Virus record (IMG/VR): IMGVR_UViG_3300020421_001669
Coordinates: 64,001 to 128,000 of that record
From: a virus
Length of the DNA: 64,000 nucleotides
Reading direction: 5' to 3' (one strand)
The translations under genes and the position numbers were made by a program. Below, piece after piece: positions 19,945 through 27,950 of the stretch; the first letter of the stretch is position 1, and each line of letters begins with the position of its first letter. The notes under the pieces were generated by a model. It did not search any database. It saw only the letters and a program-made list of their open reading frames with translations, and had not been told where the DNA came from.

Positions 19945-20087
19945 TGGGTAAATTCTATCGAAGAAAACGCACAGCTGAACACCAGAAACACGAGATAAAA
20001 TTCCAAGAAAAACGGATAGAAGACCAACAAAAAGCGATAAAAGAACAGCAAAAAGCGATAGAAAAGTTGATTTCAGAGAAAAAATAA
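19944..20087 (+). CDS. Small basic protein (47 aa)
   Basis: TAATG coupling; QQKAI repeated twice. Confidence 0.5.
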   Translation: MGKFYRRKRTAEHQKHEIKFQEKRIEDQQKAIKEQQKAIEKLISEKK

Positions 20088-20113
20088 TTCAACTTTTTTG
20101 CTTTTTTGTGTTA

Positions 20114-20197
20114 AATCAATGACTTAGAGAGGCAGCTTTTACTTGACTTCTGCTATGGGATATGCGATCATAGTATTGTAATTGAGAGTGAGAGACT
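20114..20197 (+). promoter_or_regulatory. Early promoter class copy 1 (IHF-like site, TTGACT-N17-GATCAT, GTGAGAG leader)
   Basis: Shared architecture with the 22631 and 39618 copies. Confidence 0.75.
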
Positions 20198-22633
20198 ATG
20201 GATATAACTTCTAAATCATACCTTGCGAAACTCCTCGCCACTGAGGATGTTTCGATTGAACATAGGAATGTACCTACCGCGTATTTCGACTTGAAGTCTA
20301 GGAAAATTGTACTTCCCAATTGGAAGGACATGCCTGATTTCTTGTATGATTTATTGATTGGTCATGAAGTTGGTCACGCTCTCGTAACTCCCGCTGAAGG
20401 TTGGCACTCTGCCTCTTCTAGTAAGGGTGCAAATTTCAAATCATTCTTGAATGTTGTAGAAGATGTTAGGAATGAGAGACTAGTTAAAATCAGATATCCA
20501 GGCTTGGTCAAGTCATTCTATAAGGGATATCAAATGCTTTACAAGAAAGACTTTTTCGGTCTTTCAAAATTACAAAAGACTCCCCAAGAATTACCACTAA
20601 TTGATAGAATCAATCTTCACGCTAAGGTTGGTGCTTTCCTTACTCTACAATTCACTGCTGAGGAACAGGTCATACTTGACAAGTGTTTCGCTGCTGAGAC
20701 TTGGGATGAGGTTGTCGCCATTGCTGAGGAGTTGTATGACTTCTCTAAGACTGAAGACGCGATGCAAGATCTTTTAGATGAACAAATGGGTATGCCCCAG
20801 TTCGGTGAAGGTGAAGATGAAGATGAAGATGACTTCGCCCAAGATGAGAATGGCGAATGGTCAGAATCACCATACGGTGAAGAAGAGTCAGATGAAGGTG
20901 AGTCCGAGTCTGGTGAAGATACTGAAGAAACTGAAGAAGGTGAAGATAGTGGCGCTCAGTCTGGTGAAGGTGAAGAGACTGAAGAAGAAACTGAAGAGAC
21001 TACTCCTTCTAAAGAAGAGTCAAAAGATACTGAAGATTCTGCTGAGTCTGGTGATAGACCAGAAGATGGCGATATCATGGAAGGTTCTGATAATACTGAA
21101 GGGTACAATCCCCACGATTTCGATGACGCGGAACCTAAGTCATTTACCGATGAAGCGTTTAGAGATGCTGAATCAAACCTAGTAGAGTCTGGTAAGACCA
21201 ATGGTGTTGTTACCGCTACTATGCCTAAGTTCAAGTCTAAGTACTTTGTTTTCCCAACTACCGATGTTTGGCCTGCCCAAGATTTCAAGTATGTTTGTGG
21301 TGGAAGGTATGATGACATTCCTGCTGGTTCTGCTACGGATGTAGAGAAAACTTTGCTTGATGAATTCATGCAAAGAAACAAGGGTTCAATCAATCAACTA
21401 GTTATGCAGTTTGAGATGAAGAAAAAAGCCACCCTATTGAGGAAGGCTCAAGTCAACAAAACTGGTAAGTTGAATGAAGATAAGTTGTGGGCATACAAGT
21501 TGACTGAAGACTTGTTCCTATCAAGTACTACTGTGCCAGATGGTCAGAACCATGGCATGATGATGTTTGTAGACTTCTCTGGTTCAATGGGTAGACACAT
21601 GGCTGGTACTATTGAACAAACACTAATTCAAGTTGCCTTCTGCAAAAAAGTTGGTATCCCATTTGATGTGTACGGTTTTTCAAACTGCGCTAACTCTCTC
21701 CAAAGTGAGAAGTTCGGAAATGCTTCTAGGGGTTCTGCTTTTCAATCTGCTAATGATGGTGAGTTGTTTATTGAGTCTGGTGGGTTCGCTCTGCTTCAGT
21801 TGATATCTTCTGAATTGCCTCAGAGTGAGTACAATAGATGTTTCAAAAAGTTACTTGGTTACAAAACTTCATTTGAGTGGAGAGATATGAAACCAAGAAT
21901 GGAAAGATATGATGTTCCTTACCATCTTTATCTTGGGTCTACTCCGCTGTCAAGTTGTATGATAGTTGGTGCTAAGATTGCTAAACAGTTCAAGGAAAGA
22001 AACAGAATTGAAGTTATGAACACGATTGTTCTTTCCGATGGTGGAAACACTTCTGACTTAGAAGTAATCTCTGAAGGTCAATATGAAGAGAGTGGTAGGT
22101 TCAGATATGAAAATGCCATCTCAAAAGAGTTTGGTTATGGATACGGTGAAGAGAAAACCGAGATTGGTAAGTTCCAATTGAAAGGCAACGGTTTGTCAGT
22201 TACCACTAACATCAAAGGGATGTATGGAACAAACTACGGTAGGGTCTCTTATGAAAGTGCTACTGCTGTTACTTTCGACTACTACAAAAAGTTTGTTGGT
22301 TCCAGAATAGTTCACTTCTTCCTAGTTGATAACAACATTAGAGAAGCGAGACAGGCATGGACTGATATGACAGGAACCTTTGCCGAGTATGATGAAAACT
22401 TTGATAAAGAAAAGTCAACTAACTGGAAGCACAATAACTTCATGTCTTGCCAGTCTAAGTTGGGAAGTGATGCTTGTTTCATTCTGAAGGGTGCTAAGTC
22501 TCTTAATGAAGAAGCAGAGTTTGAAGTCAGTTCTGATAGTAAGGCTGACATTTTGAGAGGGTTCAAGAAATTCCAGAAAGGCAAGTCCAATTCCAGACAG
22601 TTCTTGAACAGATTTATTGATGAGGTCGCGTAA
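20198..22633 (+). CDS. Metallopeptidase-acidic linker-vWA protein (CobT-like)
   Basis: HEVGH and NVVEDVR motifs, about 100 aa Glu/Asp linker, MIDAS DFSGS, LSDG. Confidence 0.85.
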   Translation: MDITSKSYLAKLLATEDVSIEHRNVPTAYFDLKSRKIVLPNWKDMPDFLYDLLIGHEVGHALVTPAEGWHSASSSKGANFKSFLNVVEDVRNERLVKIRYPGLVKSFYKGYQMLYKKDFFGLSKLQKTPQELPLIDRINLHAKVGAFLTLQFTAEEQVILDKCFAAETWDEVVAIAEELYDFSKTEDAMQDLLDEQMGMPQFGEGEDEDEDDFAQDENGEWSESPYGEEESDEGESESGEDTEETEEGEDSGAQSGEGEETEEETEETTPSKEESKDTEDSAESGDRPEDGDIMEGSDNTEGYNPHDFDDAEPKSFTDEAFRDAESNLVESGKTNGVVTATMPKFKSKYFVFPTTDVWPAQDFKYVCGGRYDDIPAGSATDVEKTLLDEFMQRNKGSINQLVMQFEMKKKATLLRKAQVNKTGKLNEDKLWAYKLTEDLFLSSTTVPDGQNHGMMMFVDFSGSMGRHMAGTIEQTLIQVAFCKKVGIPFDVYGFSNCANSLQSEKFGNASRGSAFQSANDGELFIESGGFALLQLISSELPQSEYNRCFKKLLGYKTSFEWRDMKPRMERYDVPYHLYLGSTPLSSCMIVGAKIAKQFKERNRIEVMNTIVLSDGGNTSDLEVISEGQYEESGRFRYENAISKEFGYGYGEEKTEIGKFQLKGNGLSVTTNIKGMYGTNYGRVSYESATAVTFDYYKKFVGSRIVHFFLVDNNIREARQAWTDMTGTFAEYDENFDKEKSTNWKHNNFMSCQSKLGSDACFILKGAKSLNEEAEFEVSSDSKADILRGFKKFQKGKSNSRQFLNRFIDEVA

Positions 22634-22745
22634 GTGGTTGAATTTAAAGGGAAAGAAAATGAAAAAAAATTCATTTTGGCCCTTGACTTCTGCCCCCAAA
22701 TATGGGATCATGATCAAGTAATTGAGAAAAAGTGAGAGGTAAATT
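22631..22745 (+). promoter_or_regulatory. Early promoter class copy 2
   Basis: TAAGTGGTTGAAT...TTGACTTCTG...ATATGGGATCATGATC...GTGAGAGG. Confidence 0.75.
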
Positions 22746-23981
22746 ATGAGTGTAAAACAGAAAGAACAGTTCCTTCAGGCCCTTGCCGATGTGAACAATT
22801 CCGCGTCTGCTGTGTTCTCCAAGGCGGAGGCAATGCAGATTGCAAAATCAAATGGGTTGAAAAATCCCATGTGGTTTTTTAAAGAGTGTAAAGTTGGTAG
22901 GAACCAATTTTCGCCAAACATGGCAACTCTAATGACAGTGGGTAATACTGCTCTCAAACCTGTCGCCGCTGAGGCGACTGCCCTTGAAGAGTCAGTATCT
23001 ACCCTTGAACCAATTGAGACAATTCAGTCTCAAGCATTGGATGCCAAGATTGTAAAACAGGCAAAACTTGCGGTGGAAATAGAAAACTTAGTTCCAGATT
23101 CAGATAGTACTTATGTCCCATTTGGGTTCCATAAAGATTTGGTGAACATCATCAAGTCTGGTATGTTCTATCCTACTTTCATTTGTGGTCTATCTGGTAA
23201 CGGTAAGACTATGATGGTGGAACAGGTTTGTGCCAAACTCAAGAAAGAAGCCATTAGGGTTAACATCTCTATCGAAACCGATGAAGATGACTTGATTGGT
23301 GGTAACACTCTCGTGGATGGTAATGTGGTTTACAGGGAAGGCCCTGTGCTGACTGCCATGAAGAGAGGTGCGATTCTCATTCTGGATGAGATTGATAGGG
23401 GTTCTAACAAGTTGATGTGCCTTCAGGCAATCCTTGAAGGGAAACCTTACTTCAATAAGAAGTCTGGTGAGGTTGTCACGCCTGCTACTGGTTTCAATGT
23501 GATTGCTACTGCAAACACAAAAGGTAGGGGTTCCGATGATGGTAAGTTCATGGGTGCTCAAGTTCTGGATGAGGCGTTCCTAGAAAGGTTCGCTATCACG
23601 GTTGAACAGGAATATCCTTCTAGTGTTCAAGAGAAGAAAATTGTCATGAACAAAATGGGTGTTGCTGAGTGTGTCGATGAAGACTTTGCTGATAAGTTGG
23701 TCATGTGGGCTGACATAATCAGAAAGACTTTCTACGAAGGTGGAATCGATGAGTTGGTTTCTACCAGAAGGTTGGAACACATTGTCAAGGCATACGCCAT
23801 GTTCTCTGATAGACTCAAGGCAATTCAGTTGTGTGTCAATAGGTTTGATACCGACACCAAGTCTGCCTTCATTGACCTTTACACTAAGGTTGATGCTGGT
23901 GCCACGGTTGAAGAAATCATGGACAATCCTACCGATGGTTCTGAAGATAACAACCCAGAGGCTGATGACTATGACTTTTAA
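22746..23981 (+). CDS. MoxR/CobS-like AAA+ ATPase
   Basis: GLSGNGKT, LDEIDRG, TANTKG, LDEAFLERF, STRRL. Confidence 0.92.
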   Translation: MSVKQKEQFLQALADVNNSASAVFSKAEAMQIAKSNGLKNPMWFFKECKVGRNQFSPNMATLMTVGNTALKPVAAEATALEESVSTLEPIETIQSQALDAKIVKQAKLAVEIENLVPDSDSTYVPFGFHKDLVNIIKSGMFYPTFICGLSGNGKTMMVEQVCAKLKKEAIRVNISIETDEDDLIGGNTLVDGNVVYREGPVLTAMKRGAILILDEIDRGSNKLMCLQAILEGKPYFNKKSGEVVTPATGFNVIATANTKGRGSDDGKFMGAQVLDEAFLERFAITVEQEYPSSVQEKKIVMNKMGVAECVDEDFADKLVMWADIIRKTFYEGGIDELVSTRRLEHIVKAYAMFSDRLKAIQLCVNRFDTDTKSAFIDLYTKVDAGATVEEIMDNPTDGSEDNNPEADDYDF

Positions 23982-24249
23982 CCCAGACTACAAATACAAT
24001 GAAGGAGCTCTTATCAAAGAGCTCCAAACTTATATAGATGCCACTTATGGTGAGCACTACTCTATCAATAAGTATCAGGCAACCGAATTTATTATTGACG
24101 GTGGTCATGGTGAAGGATTTTGTATCGGGAATATTTTGAAGTACGCCCAGAGATACGGTAAGAAAGACGGTTACAACCGCAAAGATTTAATGAAAGTATT
24201 GCACTATGCAATAATCGCTCTTCATGTACACGATATGGAGCACGAATAA
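23971..24249 (+). CDS. DUF3310/T7 gp1.7-like protein
   Basis: HY...GFCIGNILKYAQRYGKKDG...DLMK. Confidence 0.8.
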   Translation: MTFNPDYKYNEGALIKELQTYIDATYGEHYSINKYQATEFIIDGGHGEGFCIGNILKYAQRYGKKDGYNRKDLMKVLHYAIIALHVHDMEHE

Positions 24250-24255
24250 TCAGTT

Positions 24256-24354
24256 TGCCCCCAGCGGGCAGTCGGGGCTTGGTACACCTCTCTCTTACTC
24301 TCTCACAAGAAGTATCAAGTTCCCGACAACTTTATTATAAATAAGAGAGTAAGA
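24256..24354 (+). ncRNA. Candidate structured RNA (long hairpin with CU-rich loop, possible pseudoknot)
   Basis: 15-bp stem 24271-24285/24312-24327; loop 24293-24303 is the exact complement of 24344-24354. Confidence 0.5.
24336..24343 (+). promoter_or_regulatory. T4-type late promoter TATAAATA
   Basis: Exact consensus. Confidence 0.8.
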
Positions 24355-24374
24355 ATTTTTTAGAGGAATTAACA

Positions 24375-24725
24375 ATGGCATATAGATTAACATACAATTG
24401 CACAAGGCCCGATACCACAGCAGATTGGTACTTTTTTTACGAGTCAGCTGATTCTGGTTTTGAAACAAATGCAACCCACTTTAGAAACTGGCTTGACGCG
24501 AGAAGCGATGTAACAGTGACACTTACTGTAGCAGAAGATAATCTCTCATTCAAATGGGAATTAGACTTTGCTGATGAAGCAGCTTACGATGCGTTTGTAG
24601 TCGATAGAACAGCTTTATTTGCAGATGCTCCTTACAGCGGAACCGCTCACTTACAGGAGACTGCATATCTGGATTACTTGTCCGCTAACAACATGGTAGC
24701 AACTGAGACCACTGCGGAAGTATAA
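24375..24725 (+). CDS. Hypothetical late-expressed protein
   Basis: GAGG SD; own late promoter. Confidence 0.7.
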   Translation: MAYRLTYNCTRPDTTADWYFFYESADSGFETNATHFRNWLDARSDVTVTLTVAEDNLSFKWELDFADEAAYDAFVVDRTALFADAPYSGTAHLQETAYLDYLSANNMVATETTAEV

Positions 24726-24734
24726 AGAAAGGGG

Positions 24735-24764
24735 TTGACATTTGCCCCTAACAAATGTTAATAT
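24735..24764 (+). promoter_or_regulatory. Sigma70 promoter for gp45
   Basis: TTGACATTTG-type -35; TAATAT at 18 bp. Confidence 0.6.
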
Positions 24765-24792
24765 GTGATGTTTAATTTGATTGAGGTATATT

Positions 24793-25443
24793 ATGAAACT
24801 ATCCAAAACTACTTTGGAGCTGTTGAAAAACTTTGCTACGATTAATACCAATTTATTGGTTAAGTCTGGTAGTAGTTTATCAACTGTGTCCGCTTCAAAG
24901 TCTATTCTTGCAAAGGGCACAATTGAGGAGAACTTCCCACAGGAGTTCGCAATCTATGACTTAAATCAATTTCTATCTTTGGTCACAATGAGTGAAGATA
25001 CTGAGATTGATTTTTCCGATGATTATCTGACATGCAAATCTAATGCTGGAAGGTTCAAGTTTTATTACGCGGAACCATCTATCATTGTGGCAGCTCCAGA
25101 TAAAGAAATTGAAATTGATTCTTTCTATCAATTCAATATTACCAAAGAACAACTCAACACTATCTACAGGGCAGCAAGTGTAATCTCTGCTCCTACTCTT
25201 AGTGTTGTCGCCAATGCTGGCAATGTGGTTCTGAGTGTGGGTGACCCGAATACTCCTAAGAGTAATTCATTCACCACTGACATTGGTAATGCTAATGTAG
25301 AGTTTGATGCTAGACTAGGAATTGAAAACCTAAAAGTAATCGCGGATGATTATGAGGTTACTGTTTCCCAGAAGAAAGTATTTAAATTTTCTAACGCTAA
25401 GAGAACCTACTTCTTGGCACTTGAACCGAGTTCAAATATCTAA
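24793..25443 (+). CDS. 45: Sliding clamp
   Basis: MKLSKTTLELLKNFATIN, FAIYDLNQFL, YFLALE. Confidence 0.95.
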   Translation: MKLSKTTLELLKNFATINTNLLVKSGSSLSTVSASKSILAKGTIEENFPQEFAIYDLNQFLSLVTMSEDTEIDFSDDYLTCKSNAGRFKFYYAEPSIIVAAPDKEIEIDSFYQFNITKEQLNTIYRAASVISAPTLSVVANAGNVVLSVGDPNTPKSNSFTTDIGNANVEFDARLGIENLKVIADDYEVTVSQKKVFKFSNAKRTYFLALEPSSNI

Positions 25444-25610
25444 TGTATTGGATTGAAGGAATGATTGCCGTCTATGGAATGATACTTTCTTTCATGGCCG
25501 GCTGGTTGATGCCTAGAGGCAATTTTATTAGAACTTCCCAGTTATGGTTAACCAAAAAAATATACAACTGGTTAGCACATGACAAGGAAAAATTGAAGGA
25601 GAAAAAATGA
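25443..25610 (+). CDS. Small membrane protein (55 aa)
   Basis: TAATG coupling to gp45 and ATGA overlap with the next gene; hydrophobic N-half. Confidence 0.55.
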   Translation: MYWIEGMIAVYGMILSFMAGWLMPRGNFIRTSQLWLTKKIYNWLAHDKEKLKEKK

Positions 25611-26230
25611 CAGATTTTAATATTGAAGTTGGTCAAAAACTACCAGAAGATATCACTTTCCACATGAGGGTAAGGGATGAAAAGATGGTAGAACAGGGGG
25701 ATGAGAATCCATATCAGTGGCAACTAGTAAACTCAACTGACTTGTTCAAGGACAAGAGGGTTGTATTGTTTGCTTTGCCTGGCGCGTTTACTCCGACTTG
25801 TTCAACCTATCAACTACCAGATTACGACAACAATTATGAGTTGTTCAAAAGGTCTGGTATCGATGAGGTATATTGTCTATCTGTTAATGACAGTTTTGTT
25901 ATGAACAAATGGGGCGATTGGTTGGACATTGATAGTGTAAAACTAATTCCAGATGGAAGTGGTTTCTTTACAGAGGCTATTGGTGCGTTGGTAAAGAAAG
26001 ACAACTTAGGATTCGGGCCAAGGTCTTGGAGATATTCAGTCCTAGTAAATGATGGTGTTGTAGAAAAGGCATTCATCGAAGAGGGATGTGAAGATGATTG
26101 TCCCGCTGACCCATACGAAGTTTCTGACCCATACACAATGATGCAATATATTCAAAACGAAAGTCCTGTAGGACAACAGTATGAGTTGAATCTTGAAGAT
26201 GGATTGGGAACAGAAGAACAGGTTGGATAA
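25607..26230 (+). CDS. Peroxiredoxin (Prx5/PGdx type)
   Basis: LPGAFTPTCS, SVNDSFVM, RSWRYS. Confidence 0.93.
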   Translation: MTDFNIEVGQKLPEDITFHMRVRDEKMVEQGDENPYQWQLVNSTDLFKDKRVVLFALPGAFTPTCSTYQLPDYDNNYELFKRSGIDEVYCLSVNDSFVMNKWGDWLDIDSVKLIPDGSGFFTEAIGALVKKDNLGFGPRSWRYSVLVNDGVVEKAFIEEGCEDDCPADPYEVSDPYTMMQYIQNESPVGQQYELNLEDGLGTEEQVG

Positions 26231-27014
26231 AGTTGATTACGATATAAAACCTTTATCAAAGGAACTCGCAATCGATTTTATTCAGACGCATCATTATTCA
26301 CCAATGATGCCTAAACTGACAAAGCATTATCTAGGGTGCTTTCTCAATGGTGAACTTGTAGGTGTTTTGACTTTGGGCTGGGGTACTCAACCTAGACAAA
26401 CAATCAATAAGATGTTTACTGGTCTTGAGTCAAAACACTATTGGGAAATTGGTAAGATGTGCATGACAGATGACATGCCAACCAATTCAGAATCACAAAT
26501 GATATCCCAAACAGTCAAGTGGATAAAAGAAAATACACCCGATGTATTATTTCTTTACACAATGGCAGATGGTATCATGGGCAAATGTGGATATGTATAT
26601 CAGGCCAGTAATTTTTTATACGGTGGAAAATACTTCACTCAAGTCTACGAGATAAATGGAGAAAAGATTCACCCTAGAACGACAGGAAAACTATGTGAAG
26701 AGAACGCAAGGTTCTCTGGTAGAGATAAAATTTTTTGGTTGACTTCTGACTTTATGAAAGAAAAGGGAATCAAAAAAATTGAAGGGTATATGTTCAGATA
26801 TATCTTTCCACTAAATAAGAAAGCAAAAAGACTATTGAAAAAATCAAATATGGAATGGACTAGAAATTATCCAAAAGACCATGACTTAAAATGGTTTGAT
26901 AAAACTGGTAAACCCAAATTTGAAATTGAACAACCCCACTTTTCATATGATGAAGTATTACATAATTCTAAGAACATCGATGGTGGTGGTGCATCTTTAA
27001 GAGGTATATTATGA
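26193..27014 (+). CDS. Mu Mom-like DNA-modifying acyltransferase
   Basis: HHYS, LVGVLTLG, P.NSESQMIS, AD...G..GYVYQASNF.Y.G; true start probably near 26223. Confidence 0.75.
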   Translation: MKMDWEQKNRLDKVDYDIKPLSKELAIDFIQTHHYSPMMPKLTKHYLGCFLNGELVGVLTLGWGTQPRQTINKMFTGLESKHYWEIGKMCMTDDMPTNSESQMISQTVKWIKENTPDVLFLYTMADGIMGKCGYVYQASNFLYGGKYFTQVYEINGEKIHPRTTGKLCEENARFSGRDKIFWLTSDFMKEKGIKKIEGYMFRYIFPLNKKAKRLLKKSNMEWTRNYPKDHDLKWFDKTGKPKFEIEQPHFSYDEVLHNSKNIDGGGASLRGIL

Positions 27015-27778
27015 GCAAAATTATTTTAGTGTCTGGTGGATTTGACCCACTACATAAAGGACACCTTGAGTTGTTGAAAGAAGCAAAAGCAATGGGTGAC
27101 TATCTATCAGTTGGATTGAATAGTGACGCATGGTTAACTAGAAAAAAAGGTTCGCCTTTCATGACATCATGGGACAGGATGGATATGTTGATGGAGATGG
27201 AATGTGTTGACCATGTAGTTCCCTTCAATGATGATGACGATACCGCGAAAGATTTTATAGACAAAGCAATTGCTAGTTTTGGATTAGAACATAAGTTTGT
27301 ATTTGCTAATGGTGGTGACAGGACAGAAGAAAACATTCCAGAGATGGAACTAAGAGAAAAGTTTTCCCATGCTCATTTAGAGTTTGCATTTAATGTTGGT
27401 GGTGATAAAGAGTATACTAGTAGTAGTGTAAATAAGATAGACAGAGCTTGGGGACAGTACAAAGTTATACACGAAGAACAAACTGCTAAAGTTAAACTGT
27501 TAACTATCGATATTGAAAAGGCAATAAGTTATCAGAGGCATTTTTACAGAGGTGAAATTTGGCATCTTGTTTCTGGACAGGCAATGATTAAAACCAGTAA
27601 AGGTAGTCCAAGTAATTACACATACGATTACTTGACCTCTGGACAACACTTTAGTGTTGTGCCATATGAATGGCATCAAATAAAAAATATAGGGAGAGAA
27701 CCTTTGAGGATTATTGAAATTCAACACGGTTCTTATGTCGAAGAAGATGATATTGAACGCGAGGAGATAATTCATTGA
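27011..27778 (+). CDS. Cytidylyltransferase fused to cupin (PMI type II-like)
   Basis: SGGFDPLHKGH, FANGGDR; C-terminal RAWGQY..ISYQRHFYRGEIW..WHQI..IIEIQHG.Y.EEDDIER. Confidence 0.88.
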   Translation: MSKIILVSGGFDPLHKGHLELLKEAKAMGDYLSVGLNSDAWLTRKKGSPFMTSWDRMDMLMEMECVDHVVPFNDDDDTAKDFIDKAIASFGLEHKFVFANGGDRTEENIPEMELREKFSHAHLEFAFNVGGDKEYTSSSVNKIDRAWGQYKVIHEEQTAKVKLLTIDIEKAISYQRHFYRGEIWHLVSGQAMIKTSKGSPSNYTYDYLTSGQHFSVVPYEWHQIKNIGREPLRIIEIQHGSYVEEDDIEREEIIH

Positions 27779-27948
27779 GAAAGAAGGGTATAAAGGCAAG
27801 ACGAATGGTTGCCCTAGAAAACTTGGAGAAGGCAAAGTTCACTCCAAAACAGGTAAGGTCTGGCAAAAAAATGGTAGACCGTTCTGAGGAAACTTGGAAC
27901 AAGAATAGAGAATACCAGATAGAGGTGCTTAAGAAAAGAGTACAGTAA
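27775..27948 (+). CDS. Small basic protein (57 aa)
   Basis: TTG start with GAGGAG SD; fills the gap exactly. Confidence 0.5.
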   Translation: MRKKGIKARRMVALENLEKAKFTPKQVRSGKKMVDRSEETWNKNREYQIEVLKKRVQ

Positions 27949-27950
27949 TC

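Noticed and set aside
20800-21130. GAA/GAT/GAG-rich quasi-repeats
   Set aside because: They encode the acidic linker of the vWA protein; no fixed repeat-spacer structure, so not CRISPR or VNTR
22746-23981. Cobalamin biosynthesis (cobS) auxiliary gene
   Set aside because: No cobN or other cob genes; architecture fits a generic MoxR-vWA pair
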